A DNA stretch of 63,735 bases, counting the filler, from Licmophora abbreviata (Eukaryota), in assembly GCA_900291995.1 (NCBI GenBank). It is 13 parts of 13 records of this genome, joined end to end, with 100 filler letters (N's around TTAATTAATTAA, not from the genome) between each part and the next. Parts side by side here need not be neighbours in the genome. Positions count along the whole stretch, not along the records: positions 44,656 to 47,422 come from OLMU01002443.1; positions 47,523 to 49,219 come from OLMU01002444.1; positions 49,320 to 54,001 come from OLMU01002445.1; positions 54,102 to 58,771 come from OLMU01002446.1; 9 more parts are not named here. One strand, given 5' to 3'. How positions within the stretch are numbered: the stretch's first letter is position 1; each line of letters opens with the position of its first letter. The notes under the pieces were generated by a model that saw only the letters and a list, made by a program, of their open reading frames with translations, had not been told where the DNA came from and ran no database searches. The position numbers and the translations under genes were made by a program. Below, piece after piece: positions 46,461 to 58,761 of the stretch.

Positions 46461-47324
46461 ACTAGCCCACACTAGAGACGCATGTATCTTTTCGTGTTTG
46501 GATCTGACGGGTGGTAGGCGTCAATGAGCTGGGATATGATACGATAAAATCTAGTTCGATTGAGCGCTAGAGTTAAATACTTTTCTTGGCCATGGCAGCA
46601 CTTGATTAGCTGGACGATGCTTCGATTTGAGGTAGCCTTTTGGTGATTGCAACACCATCGTGTTGTCCAGGTTGTATAGTACAAAGCTCTCCGTTGCTTT
46701 GCCTAGACTACTATTGGAGCCTGAAACAGTATGAAAAAGCGCCAGACCAGGCTTTTCATTTCTTTCTGTTTGACTTTACGCGTCATCGTATGATTCGATA
46801 CAGCAGACGGCGAATCACAACAGAGAGGTACCAGGTTCGAAGAGGACCAACGACACAACGCAATGGTCGCGCGAAACATTGTTCAACATGAAGGGGTCGA
46901 ATTGTGGGCTCGCCGCGCGCGCCATCATCTGACTCTTGAGTCCCGAGTCTTGAGTCGAGTCGTCTTGTCGCTCTCGCGCACCTCGCTTCCAAAGCTCGAA
47001 GCTCTTCGAGCTGATATCATACTGCGTGCCGCGACACAGGTCTCAGCACTCAACTCTCTGCAAGCTGCAACATATCAGTAGTAAGGCGTGTTTTCAGTGC
47101 GGTTGCACAGCTATTGGATCATCCCAGAGGAGCTGAGATGCATGAGACATACTCCAGAGAGGTAGCGTAGGCGCACACTTCAAAACACGTTTCGAAGCAA
47201 GCTTGTGCGGCCGATACGCGTACGGGTCAAAGTATAGCTTGTGAAATTGAGCTCAACTCAGGCATCGCGACGGGGACATCCTTTTTGGCTTTCTCCTGGA
47301 GTCGCTTGTGATTGTATCAATAAT

Positions 47325-48327
47325 ATGGAGGACAGCGAAGAAGCCCAGGGCCCCGAGCCCACCCTGTCAGTACAGCACTTTCCCTCGGTTCGGATCGACG
47401 ACCTTGATCCTCCGAGGACTCGNNNNNNNNNNNNNNNNNNNNNNNNNNNNNNNNNNNNNNNNNNNNTTAATTAATTAANNNNNNNNNNNNNNNNNNNNNN
47501 NNNNNNNNNNNNNNNNNNNNNNGAGGACTCGACGAGAAATAGGAAGGGACCATGCTTTGAAGTGGCTGGATAGTCGGTTTTTTCAAGTTCTAGGGTCCAT
47601 TGTGTTCGTTCTTGTCATAATCGACGGAGCTTTCTTCTTCTTTCTGCTCATGGGATGGCAGGCAATGTGCACGCCCCGAACTGACTGCGAACCTCGAAAC
47701 TGGTGGTACAACTGGTCTGTTCAAGTTCTAACTGTTCTATTCACGTATACAGCAACTGTGTCGCTTCCTTGGCGCTTTACCAACATGCTGCATATCGTGG
47801 GGTGGGGGTTTCGAGTGAACACTCCAGGCCTCGACCTCTATGGGCTTCCCACAAAGGACGTTTGGTTTCACATCCCCCTGGGCAGACGAATGTGGATCAT
47901 CATTACTCTTCTACTCAATATCTTCTGTCAGTTCGCAAATCAAATCACAAGAATCAGATTTTACAGCTATGACTTGCAGAGTGAATTCCCCGCAAGCATG
48001 TGGGTGACTGTCTTTTTCGTATTGAGTTTCCTCTTTGCCGGTGTTGGGTTCGCTTGGATGCTAGTGGAAGGTTACAATCTGCGAAAGGCCAATCCTGAGT
48101 TCTTTTTAGATGGCGAAGGTCCACTTGATAGTTTCATAGACCGATGGAAGCGACACTGTTGTCGAGTGTGTGGGGGGAATCCTCAACGTGATGACGAGGA
48201 GCGGGATGAAGCGAACGTGGAAATGACCGAGGACGAACTTCAGTACCAGCACGAGGATCCGACGGCAAACTCTGTGGCAGTGTTTTTTGGTAGCAGAAGA
48301 GCGGGACTACGCCTTTGGGGTATGTAG
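47325..48327 (+). CDS. Multi-pass membrane protein, DUF2985-like; spans a false gap
   Basis: Gap flanks overlap by GAGGACTCG and join in frame. Motif WYNWSVQVLTVLFTY...LPWR; 4 TM segments. Confidence 0.65.
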
Positions 48328-48885
48328 ACGCCTGACCTTCCTTCTCTTATGGCGGTGATTGCCGGAGCCGTGGACAAGAGTTGTTTACTGTTCCTAGTAT
48401 ACACCGCCCTATGCATCGGTTTGATAAATTCAGGGAATAGATCTGTATTGTTTCTGCAAGCGTGCGTGATACTATGTGTCGACATGCAGTCTCCATTGTT
48501 GATCGTACAGTACCATGTGATTGAAGCAACAGCGGAATGGTGCGAGGTAGACTAGCAGTCGAGCTAAGAGCGAATACCTTCGTCTAGCATTAGCACGACG
48601 AAGCGGTTTGCGTTCGAAATTCGGATCCCGTGTGACGTCACCAAATCGGGTACATCGTGCAGCCAACCTCTCCCTCATATCGTATGATACAGTCTCTTCG
48701 GCCGCAGTGTTGATACAATACCCATAAAGTGAAGCCGCCTTTGCGACAGGAGGTACAAGGCGTCAACCAAGGTCGAGCATAATCGCGATATCTCAATCTC
48801 AGTTGACAACATCGAGACGTATTGTGGCTGAAGAGCGACAGTCTGAGAGTAGAACGGACGGCTTTTCGAATCGACCGCTCTCATC

Positions 48886-51800
48886 ATGTCCACGGCCCAG
48901 CACGAAGATCCGAACGTAACCGTCCAGGAAGCGCCCCTGCTGGAACGCTTCGAAGCTGTCGACTATAGGTCGCTCCGTCAGGAACTTCGTACCTTTCAAG
49001 AAACTTCGGTTGCACTGCAAAGTCAGTGGAGGCGAGAAATGAGCCTCTATGAACAGACGATCGACAAGGTGGTCGGAAACACTGCGATCACGCTCCCGCG
49101 CCGAAACTACCCCAACGAACACAACGAGGTTCAAGACCCGCGACTCTACCCTTACCATTCTTCGTGCTACTACCTTCTGGACGCATACAACGCGCTTTAC
49201 GGACAACAACAAGAAGAAGNNNNNNNNNNNNNNNNNNNNNNNNNNNNNNNNNNNNNNNNNNNNTTAATTAATTAANNNNNNNNNNNNNNNNNNNNNNNNN
49301 NNNNNNNNNNNNNNNNNNNAAGCACTCAGTGGATCTAGTACAAACGCATCGATCGGTCGACTGCGATTTGGCGACGCTCACGCGGCAACGCTTTCGAGAG
49401 TTGATCTCCCCGAAAATGTCCTCCCGTGCTCGAGAGCAGCGATTGATGTTACCTTCTTTGATCCTGAGTGGAGAGTGCCTCAAGACAACGACGACTTTCT
49501 CTTTGCGAAGAGCTTGAACGAAGGAGCGAACGAACGACTCCAGGCTGCTTGCATTCGGGGGAGCGTCATCTCGTTGGTCGAGCGTGAAGCACATGACCTT
49601 CTTCGTCAACGGCCGCACCCCTCACCGATTTCCGAGCTTGGATTTGGAAGACTTTACTTTCCCACTAGTGACAACGAGAAGACGGAACTCTTGCTAAAGC
49701 TTCTTCGACATGCCATGTCAGAGATTCAGCGTGACCATCTCCTTGCCACCGCCGTCTTGCGCCTCTTCATTCGATGGAAGCTGTGCGATCGCCCAGCTGT
49801 GCTTCGTCAACTCTTGTCCATCTTTGTAGCCGAACGTGTTGCCTGTGACGGTCAGTGTGAACACCGGGCTGACTTTGCCGATGATGCCTCCAACGAGGGT
49901 CAACGTCCTGATCATTCCTGTGATGAGGTGAGTCGAGTCAGACGGGTGCACTACACAGTGGTTACGACGCTCTGTTCCGTGTCCTATACAACCTCAACCA
50001 TTCCTTTTGCCGTCCATTTTACCGTTCTCATAAGTGGTGCAATCACTTTCTGCCCGTGATCGCCGCGCTTTCCTGGCAGGGCATCACATGCTTCACGGCG
50101 AAGCATGCGGACATTGCAAGCGCAGCAGTCCAGGAGCGCTTTGACGATGCTTTTGCTGCCGCTGCCAAAGTTGAAGAGTCCTTGTTCAATGAAAAACTGG
50201 GACTTCAGGACAATCAGTCGATTTCGTCCAAGCAAAAGACGCTCTTGAAACGAAACCTTGCTTACAAGGTCATGAACGACGATGACGATGACGAGAGCGA
50301 CTCTGCCGCCGTTCCACGGAATCTTGAGGAGCAGTTTCCGTATCTCTTCGTCACAAGGCTAGTTGTGGGTCTGGGGTATCGCGCCATGCTGGATCGCCAG
50401 ACTGTATTTCATCTTCAGCGTGTGGTAAACGGAACCAGTGTAAATCCCAAAGAGAAGGCCAGTCTCATGTGGGTTGCTCAGCGCTCCGTTGATTCATACT
50501 TCAACGCCCTTAGAACCCTGGTTCACATTGGCGAGCTCGCTGTGAGACGACTTCCGAACAATCAAGAGACAGTGACGCTTTTCGGTAGTCTCGTCCGTTC
50601 TCTTGTCTTCGCCTACGTTGAGCCTCCCCTGACAGAAGATGACGCACCGTTCGATTCCAACTTTCTTCGGCAGCGTGTAGACACATTGCGCCCCATGAGG
50701 TACGCCGAGAAAATCGCAAACGCGACCGAATTGGCGCGGCGAGACGCGGAGATTAGGGGTCAGGCGAGCAGTGGGATAGACCGCGTTGTCTATGGACGCC
50801 CGCCGAAGGACGTGGTGGACCTAATCCGTGGTTTATTCGCAAGAGATCTCGTCGATATCGACGCTTCAACACTTGGGTATGGTGACTACATCTGTCTGTT
50901 GAAGCTGCCTTTGTCTGCTCAAGATCCGTTACTATTCTTTCAGAGCTATAATACTGCTGAGCTCCCCGGAGAAGACGACCCTCGCGATTCTGATGGAGAC
51001 GAGCTTCCGAATGCTGCAGTGCACGACGAGGTCCGTTCACGACGTTCGCGCCTCTTTGCTCTGTTCAGCGCTCACTGTGCTAACATTGACTAACATTGCT
51101 CCAACCATTTCATCAGGACGGAGTCTGTCTAAATGCTGTACAGCTCAATGCGAGATATGATTTGACATTGGTGCTGTTTCTTCGTGCCTGGCAGGCGCCT
51201 TGGACTCCTGAAAGCCACCAATCCTTCCACGGTCCTTTTCGTCAGGCAGCGACATCTCTATTTCTTTGCTCCCACCGTCTCGGGATGCCTTTCGAGATAG
51301 CGCGCCTTGTGTGTGAGTATCTCCGTCGAGACTGGTGGGAGGACGACAGAAGCCAGTGCTGGTGTAGCGAATGCCTGTGTAGCGGAGCCGTCGAGCAACT
51401 CCAGAGGAACGCGCTCAATCGCGTTGAGTCCTACCCCAGCGTTGAGAAACACTGTAATAGCACAGGTGCGCAACGGAACACGAGCATTTTCCGTTGTCCT
51501 CGATGTCACATTCCTCATTACTGTTCTCGAGAACACCAACAAGTTGACTATCAAGCTGGTCATAGTCTCCAGTGCAGCAAGCCACCCTTTCGTGCCCCCG
51601 GAAAGGAAGAGCATGCTCTCTGTCAACAAATCCTGGAAGCTCACAGCGACGTAGACCTTGGAGGCGGACTTGCTCTCACGAACGAATCATTCGCAGCGAA
51701 CCAAAGCATTGCCGAAGGTCTTGTCAAGAATGACGACGATTCATGGGAGAGCTTCGACGATTCAGATGAGAACGCGACTGACGAAGCGGAGCAGAATTCC

Positions 51801-51899
51801 ATCACGCACATCGTCACGCAATGGTTCAAAGCAAAAGCGTACGAGTGCTCGAATGACGGTTCGAGCGATGACGACGAAGGCGCAATCGATGAGAGCTAG
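48886..51899 (+). CDS. Large protein with a C-terminal MYND-type zinc finger; spans gap 49220-49319; introns near 49928 and 51031-51116
   Basis: RCPRCHIPHYCSREHQQVDYQAGHSLQC preceded by CWCSEC, plus APWTPESHQSF. Open frames are consistent across the joins. Confidence 0.7.
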
Positions 51900-51949
51900 G
51901 TACCAGATAGTTGAGAGTCAACAAGTGGGAATTACATTTTTATATTACA

Positions 51950-53921
51950 CTAACGGAAGCCCATATAGGGTCGAGTCTTTATGTTGGTCGGGACCGGACT
52001 AGGATCTTGATCGAGTCCATCAGTGCGAGGTCTTTCAGGAGATAGAAATGTGAGACTTTCCTGAGTCAAAGGAACAGTGTCAGGCTCGTCGTCGGATTCG
52101 TGGAAGCCGGTCATCTCCAGCTCCATATCCATTGCGGCTTCCCACTGAGTGAACACATGTCGAAGTAGATCCAGTTTCTCTTCATTCCGGCAGAATACCC
52201 GGATGAATCTCTTTTCGAGCACCCTCGTCATGTAGCCATCGTCTTCGATCGCCTTCGCTGCTGGTAACTGGTCCACTGTCCGGGTTAGCTTGTGCATTTC
52301 GTCCTTTGGGAGGAATCGCATGAAGTGGGTGGGGTCGAGGTTTTTCTTTCCATGGTGGTTGTTGAGGGCATACACGATGAAGTCTTGCTCGTCAAGAGTA
52401 ATGGTGCCATCTGCACCTTTGTGTTTGCCACCAACAGCAAGGATGGCCGTTTTGAACTCAAATTCGTTGCGCTTACACCGTTCCCAAAGACCGTTCCATT
52501 TATCGTTCCCTGCATCGACTGCTCTGCTTGCAGCGAGCTTGTACAAGTCTCTAGATCGAAAGCGCTCGATTAGCTCTCTAGCATCCCTTAGTTCTGGGGT
52601 GTCTGTGGCATAGATTGCGTCGAGCACACCATCGTCGAGCATTAGGTATGCCCGTGGGTTCTCCATTGCGCGGGAAATCGGAAAAGTACGCGACCGGGTT
52701 TCCGATGCGCTTGCCTTGAGTGAAGCCGCCTCTGGAGCACTTTCACGGGTCGTTCTCAACCGAAAGAAAGGGTCCGCTTTGACAAGGATGTCTCGTATCA
52801 TATATGATGCCCCTTCTACAGTCTTGTGAGAGTACACTTTGGACTGAGGGTATAGAAAAGTGCGGCATCGCAATGTGAGATAGGATCGACATGACTCTGT
52901 GCTCAGCCGACACACACCCTTATCACGGCGAACTTACATGAAGCAAAAAGCGCTCACGGAAGAAGTCAGCTGCCGGCTCTCTCATTTTCTCGGGATAGCA
53001 AATCATGAGGTGGCGATCGTCGTACGAGGCGCGGTGTTTGCACTGCGCACAGTTTCCCATCGGGCAGTCAGCCCACGCAACAACAGCCTCGTCAATAAGA
53101 CGGACCTCAATAGCTCCTTTCCATAGCGTCCGTCTAGCATCCCTTGCGTAGTAGTCCATCTTGTCAACGTCTAGACCAGAAAAGCGATTCGAAATGATGT
53201 CGTAGAGGAACTCGGATCGCCTTTCGGGGCGACCAATGAAACCACTTTCATGGTCCTTCAAATGAGAGTCGACGGGGAAGAGAGATCGACCAAGGATCAT
53301 TTCTTTTATGAAGACCCAGTCGCGAGACGTCATGATCAGTTTCGGGTCATCATTTTCTGAACGGTCAAAAACACGCATCGATGTGGCGGCAACCCCGTCA
53401 CCGATCTGGCGTAGCGGCTCGTCGAGCTTGGTCATGTCGATCGCAAGTCCAAGCTCTTTCAAGGCGTCGTCGATCATCATGAGGGACGCATCCTCGTGTT
53501 TCCAGCTAGCAGGTGCGGTAGGGCAGCCGTTGTAAAGATCACGAAGATGAGGATTCCGATCAAGATGATTCTCAATCTCTGTCGGTACACCCTCAAACAC
53601 ATGACTGTAGGGACCGTGGCCGATATCATGTAGCAACCCAGCGAGCTTGACACAGAGCACATCCTTCGCCGTGATTCCAAGACTGGGCTGCCAGTCCATA
53701 AGACGACAACACATCTTTTCGGCAAGACAGGCAACCCCCATGGAATGTTCCAAGCGACTGTGGTTCGCATTCATGTAGACGTAGTAGGCCGTGCCAAGCT
53801 GCTTGAGACGGCGCAGGCGCTGGAAGTGCGGTGTGTCGATCAGCGCCTTCATGACCGGACAGAACAAGATCGTAACGTGGATTTCATCGTTTGTGCGATA
53901 CGTCTCTTCGGGATTCTTCAA
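51950..53921 (-). CDS. SAMHD1-like HD-domain dNTP triphosphohydrolase (5' end likely lost in gap; intron ~52936-52843)
   Basis: Motifs IDTPHFQRLRRLKQLG, HSRLEHSMGV, LLHDIGHGPYSH, DVDKMDY, KVYSHKT and RDLYK. Confidence 0.92.
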
Positions 53922-54130
53922 GTGTCTGGAGCGCGAGGCGAGAGCAACAGAAGACAGGCGAGCATCAGTGAGAACTGAGAACTCGTGCTTTCTGGCACAG
54001 TNNNNNNNNNNNNNNNNNNNNNNNNNNNNNNNNNNNNNNNNNNNNTTAATTAATTAANNNNNNNNNNNNNNNNNNNNNNNNNNNNNNNNNNNNNNNNNNN
54101 NGGAAGTATTGGCGTTCTATGAATCCCAGC

Positions 54131-55444
54131 TCAAGAGTCGTCTCTACCAGATTCTCTATAACTTCCAAATAGCAAGGACACGTTGGTCCCAGAAAATCCA
54201 AAGCTATTGTTCATGCAGAATTGTAGATCGTCAACGGGCGTTGGCTCTCGAGCGTGACGAAAGATTGTTTCTTCCGTCTCATGCAGATTTCGTGTGGGTG
54301 GAATGCATCCTTTTGATAAGGCCATGATGGTGAATGCCGATTCAATGGCGCCTGCTGCGCCAAGCATATGACCCGTTGCTCCTTTCGTGCTACTCACATA
54401 CAACTCATTCGATCGCATCGAAGCCCTCGCGAGCGTACGATCCACAACACGAGCTTCTATTTCATCGCCCTTGGGTGTCGATGTGGCATGGGCGTTGACG
54501 TAGCCAACAACTCCAGCATCAACCCCGGCTTGATCCAGAGCCATTACGATCGCTCGTTCGGCGCCTCGCCCGTCTGGGTCTGGAGCGCAAGCGTGGTGGG
54601 CGTCTCCTGTGAGCCCGTATCCACACAGCTCTGCTAAAATAGGGACGTCTCGAGACAGGGCATGCTGCAGTTCTTCCAGAACCAGTATCGCGGCGCCTTC
54701 ACCTATGACGAAGCCATCTCTCCTGTTGTCAAAGGGGCGCGAGGACTCGTGAGGGCAGTCGCTGAAGTTCGTCGACAGCGCTCGCAGTCGACAAAAGCCA
54801 GCCATCGAGAGTGGATCGATACACGCCTCCGCTCCTCCTGCCAGCATTATATCGGCATTCCCGTACTGTATACATCTCATAGCATCGCCAATCGAGTGCG
54901 CCCCTGCTGCACATGCGGTGGAAGCTGACATGTTTGGGCCACGCAGACTGTACGCCATACTGAGTCGTCCTGCTGCGGAGTTCGCCAGGACTTTTGGAAC
55001 AAAATGAGGACTAAGCTTTCGAATACCAAGTTCGTTTACAGTCCGATATGCTTCAACGACATCTCGTACTCCCGACATTCCATTGCCGATACAGACTCCA
55101 GTACGGTGTTGACGGTCTGCCGCTGCTTGCCACCACTCGCTCGACAACCGAGCCTGTTGAATCGCTTCATCACCAGCCTTTAATGCCATTTGAACGAACC
55201 TCGCTGTACGAGGGTCATGAGAGAGACCTCTCACAGGCGCAGCGACTTGGCTTGGCAAGGTTCGAGCTGCATCTAGTTCACGGGCGTGTAGTTCGGAAGG
55301 AAGCTCTTGACAGTTCAAAGCTTCTTGTAGACAAGTCACACCAGTCTCGTTTTGTAACAGAGCCTTCCACGAACCCTCTAAGGTTGACCCCAACGGTGTT
55401 GTCGCCCCCATGCCCGTCACGACGACGCGACGAGGGAGCGCCAT
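54131..55444 (-). CDS. fabF: 3-oxoacyl-ACP synthase II (FabF/OXSM, probably mitochondrial)
   Basis: RRVVVTGMG, STACAAG (Cys), VNAHATST, KGATGH and NSFGFSGTN. Confidence 0.95.
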   Translation of the reverse strand: MALPRRVVVTGMGATTPLGSTLEGSWKALLQNETGVTCLQEALNCQELPSELHARELDAARTLPSQVAAPVRGLSHDPRTARFVQMALKAGDEAIQQARLSSEWWQAAADRQHRTGVCIGNGMSGVRDVVEAYRTVNELGIRKLSPHFVPKVLANSAAGRLSMAYSLRGPNMSASTACAAGAHSIGDAMRCIQYGNADIMLAGGAEACIDPLSMAGFCRLRALSTNFSDCPHESSRPFDNRRDGFVIGEGAAILVLEELQHALSRDVPILAELCGYGLTGDAHHACAPDPDGRGAERAIVMALDQAGVDAGVVGYVNAHATSTPKGDEIEARVVDRTLARASMRSNELYVSSTKGATGHMLGAAGAIESAFTIMALSKGCIPPTRNLHETEETIFRHAREPTPVDDLQFCMNNSFGFSGTNVSLLFGSYRESGRDDS

Positions 55445-55606
55445 GATGGAGGGTCGAAGGGCTGCGCCAGATTTCAGATTTCAGATTTGACTGTGAGACG
55501 AGTGGAATGATCAATGCAGAATGTTCCAAAAATCGGGGTTCTCTGATGACGTCAGACTTGGCGCCAAACTTCAAACTTCGGATCGCCTAACGCGCAAAAA
55601 TGAAAA

Positions 55607-56470
55607 ATGAAACACAACATTGATGAGAGAGCAGCAGAGGAGGCAAAAGACACAAACATGGCGACGACATCGGATTCTTCGCATTCTGACCAACGCCTTC
55701 GAGTCATATGCGCAGGACTCGGGCGCACTGGTACACTGAGTCTAAAGGAAGCACTGACGGTCCTTGGGTACAAGCCTTATCACTTTGTCGGAGCGTCGCA
55801 CGCAAAGCAATGGAGCAACCTCGCCGCGGGTGAGACGTCGGTCGACAGCGTGATCGACCTCATTGTGCAAGATGGATACGATGCTGTGTTGGAAAATCCT
55901 TGTTGTGACATCTATCAAGACATCCTTCGGCGCTACCCTGATGCCAAGATCATTCTGACGGTCCGCGATACGCCCGAAAAGTTCGAAGCTAGCTGGAAAG
56001 TTCTCTTCGATACCATGATTGTCACCGAGCTTCCATTCTCTCTCAAGTTTCCATCCTTCTTTGGATGGATTCCACTCTTTCAGTATTTGAAACGGATCCG
56101 CTACATGATGGGCACTACTCACTTGAAGCTCGAACCAGGCTTATTGACGCACGGATGGCGAAACAAGGAGCCCGGCTGGCTGGCCAAGCAATACGAACTG
56201 CACAACGCCCACGTGCGGCAGCATGTGCCCAGCGATAAATTATTGGTCTTCAATGTCAAGGACGGGTGGAAGCCTCTCTGCGCATTTCTGGGAGAGAGCG
56301 TACCGGAAGACGAGCCCTTTCCTCATTCCAGGCAGAACGACACCAAAGCCTTACTTGAGCTCAAGCGTGTGTTCGAGACCGTCGTGTACAGTTGGATTCC
56401 CGTAAGTGTCAGCCTCGTGGTTGGTGTTGTACTGTGTGGACGACATCGATTCTATCCCTCTTCTCGGTAG
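55607..56470 (+). CDS. Sulfotransferase_4-family P-loop protein with C-terminal TM anchor
   Basis: VICAGLGRTGTLSLKEAL, YPDAKIILTVRD and LLVFNVKDGWKPLCAFLG..PFPH. Confidence 0.88.
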   Translation: MKHNIDERAAEEAKDTNMATTSDSSHSDQRLRVICAGLGRTGTLSLKEALTVLGYKPYHFVGASHAKQWSNLAAGETSVDSVIDLIVQDGYDAVLENPCCDIYQDILRRYPDAKIILTVRDTPEKFEASWKVLFDTMIVTELPFSLKFPSFFGWIPLFQYLKRIRYMMGTTHLKLEPGLLTHGWRNKEPGWLAKQYELHNAHVRQHVPSDKLLVFNVKDGWKPLCAFLGESVPEDEPFPHSRQNDTKALLELKRVFETVVYSWIPVSVSLVVGVVLCGRHRFYPSSR

Positions 56471-56974
56471 ATCGGAGTGATTGTTGAGCACGTGAACATG
56501 GAGTGAAAGGGGTGAGCCTTTCGTATCTTTCAAGCAACGAGCAATGGACGCCTCAATAGTAGATAGGTGTCTCGTGGAAGTATAGTTCCACAGGTCACGA
56601 TTGCCTCAACTAAGGCCAGCGCGACACCTAGTGAGTTTATATACAGTCCTACGTCCAGACAGTCCTAGTGGGGCTGCATATTGTATCCTAGTGAGCAGCA
56701 TAGCCGTACACAGGTAATCGCAACAGTCACGGGAATCATGCATAGAGTGCATGATGAGTTGAGTGAGTCGAGTCAGTCAGTCAGTTGGGTTCGAAACGTG
56801 TCTAACACAATCGTGATTCGAATCCTTCGACTGTATCTTCCAAGTTCAACTTGAGCTTCTCTTCCTTCTTCTCTCCCCTCCACCTGTCATCACTGTCACC
56901 CCATCATTGTCCCTGCTGGCATCGACTTTCTCTCACTCTCTGCGTGTATATCACTCTCTTGTGTCGTCTTTACA

Positions 56975-57882
56975 ATGAAAATTACTGCTTCAGTGACTTT
57001 GTGTGTTGCTCTCGCCGCTCATGCCTCAGCATTTGTACCGGTCGGAACGAGGAGCCCAGGTTTCGCGCTCAACATGGTCTTGGACGACAAGACGGAGGTT
57101 CGAGAGTATTTTAACTCCGAGGGTTTCAACCGTTGGAACAAGATCTATTCCGAGAGTGACGACGTCAACTCTGTACAGCTTGACATCCGCACCGGTCATG
57201 ACCAGACGATTCAGAAAATTCTCAATTGGATCGAGGCCGACGGCGACATCGCCGGAAAGACCGTCTGCGATTGCGGATGCGGCGTCGGAAGTCTTGCCAT
57301 TCCTTTGGCTCAGATGGGTGCGTATGACTACGATATTGCGCAGCTGGATTGACTGAATCGATGGATCGTTGCTCTGCCTAAACAAATCACGCTCACCCGA
57401 ACATGTGATTTCAAATGCTCATTTTTTCGTTGCGTGGTCGTACAGGCGCCACTGTGTCAGCAAGCGATATCTCAGATGCCATGGCTACAGAGGCCGCTCG
57501 TCGTGCCAAGGATCTGGGGGTGAACGCAAAATTCTACACATCGGACTTGGAGAGTGTGACCGGAAAATATGATACTGTGACTTGCGTCGATGTAGCGATT
57601 CACTACCCCACAGAAAAGATGGCCGAGATGGTAACTCATCTGTGCTCGTTGTCGGAAGATCGAGTCTTGATCTCGTTTGCGCCTCAGACATGGTACTACT
57701 CCTTGCTCAAGAAAGTTGGCGAACTGTTCCCCGGACCCTCGAAAACGACCCGTGCCTATCTTCACGAAGAAAGTGTAGTTCGTGGTGCCCTCGCCAAAGC
57801 TGGATTTGAGGTAGCACGAGAAGAAATGACTGGAACAAACTTTTATTTCTCCAGACTCTTGGAAGCGAAGCGTAAGGCATAG
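56975..57882 (+). CDS. chlM: Mg-protoporphyrin IX methyltransferase, plastid-targeted; intron 57318-57445
   Basis: ASAFVP presequence; EVREYFNSEGFNRWNKIY, VCDCGCGVG, ISFAP, GELFPGPSKTTRAYLH and FYFSRLLEA. Confidence 0.97.
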
Positions 57883-58029
57883 TGGCACTTCGTGGCACGC
57901 GAAATAGCAAATGGATGGGATATTACGCGTTATCGTTATCGCCGTCCTTCATATATACATAAGTTAACTAGGCTAGTGCGATACGAGACGAGGGACGTAC
58001 GACGACCCAGCTCGCTACTCTATCAGAGG

Positions 58030-58761
58030 TTACTTCTTGGATGCCCGCTGCTGGTCACGTCGAGCTTTCTCTTTCTCGAATCGTCGCTCATCCACTCGCT
58101 GCAAGAAATCCTTCTTGACGAGATAAGCTTTACTCCCTTGCGCTTGCTTCTCCAGTTCCTCATCCATCCCTGCATCAGTCTTGAACGCATCCCAGTCAGC
58201 GCTTGTTTTCGCGACTGTTGATATCTTCGATGGCCCTTCCATCTCGGCCAATACGTCGTCGAGCCCTCCCCTTGGTGCCTTAGTCTCCGATGCAGCAGCA
58301 ACCTGGTTCTTCTTGCTGGTACATCGCTGTTCGTCCACCTGCACTGTCTTCTGAACGACCACATCCCGACCTGCAAAACGCTTGACCTCTGTCACTGTCC
58401 TTTCTTCGAGCAAGGGAAGGGGAACGTACTTTCTCGCGAGCTTTCGAACCGAGTCGGAAGTCGCAAGTAACTGAGCCGTTGCCGACGAGCCAAATATTTC
58501 GACCAAGATCCTCTCTTGTTTCGACACTTGATCTCGAGATTGACGTCGTCGCTTAGGCTGAAAGTCAGTTCCGAATGGATATCCAAACAAAGACTCGAAT
58601 ACCTCGTCGACGGCCTTGCGTTTTGCAGCCGAAAGGAGATACATCGAGTCTTCCGGGGGTTGGGCAGCGCCGCTACCATGCTCGTCTACGTCCATCTCTT
58701 CTGTCGGAACGAAATCTTCGTCATTCTCGCTACCTTCTGAGTCTCCAGTATTCCTCATCAT
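58030..58761 (-). CDS. BCNT/CFDP1 (Swc5-like) protein
   Basis: Acidic N-terminus DEDFVP, EVKRFAG and BCNT domain KISTVAKTSADWDAFK...YLVKKDFLQRVDERRFE. Confidence 0.9.
   Translation of the reverse strand: MMRNTGDSEGSENDEDFVPTEEMDVDEHGSGAAQPPEDSMYLLSAAKRKAVDEVFESLFGYPFGTDFQPKRRRQSRDQVSKQERILVEIFGSSATAQLLATSDSVRKLARKYVPLPLLEERTVTEVKRFAGRDVVVQKTVQVDEQRCTSKKNQVAAASETKAPRGGLDDVLAEMEGPSKISTVAKTSADWDAFKTDAGMDEELEKQAQGSKAYLVKKDFLQRVDERRFEKEKARRDQQRASKK

Noticed and set aside
51079..51098. CTAACATTG tandem duplication apparently breaking the MYND gene
   Set aside because: It lies inside a GT-AG intron (51031-51116) as branch-point-like CTAAC, and splicing restores the frame.
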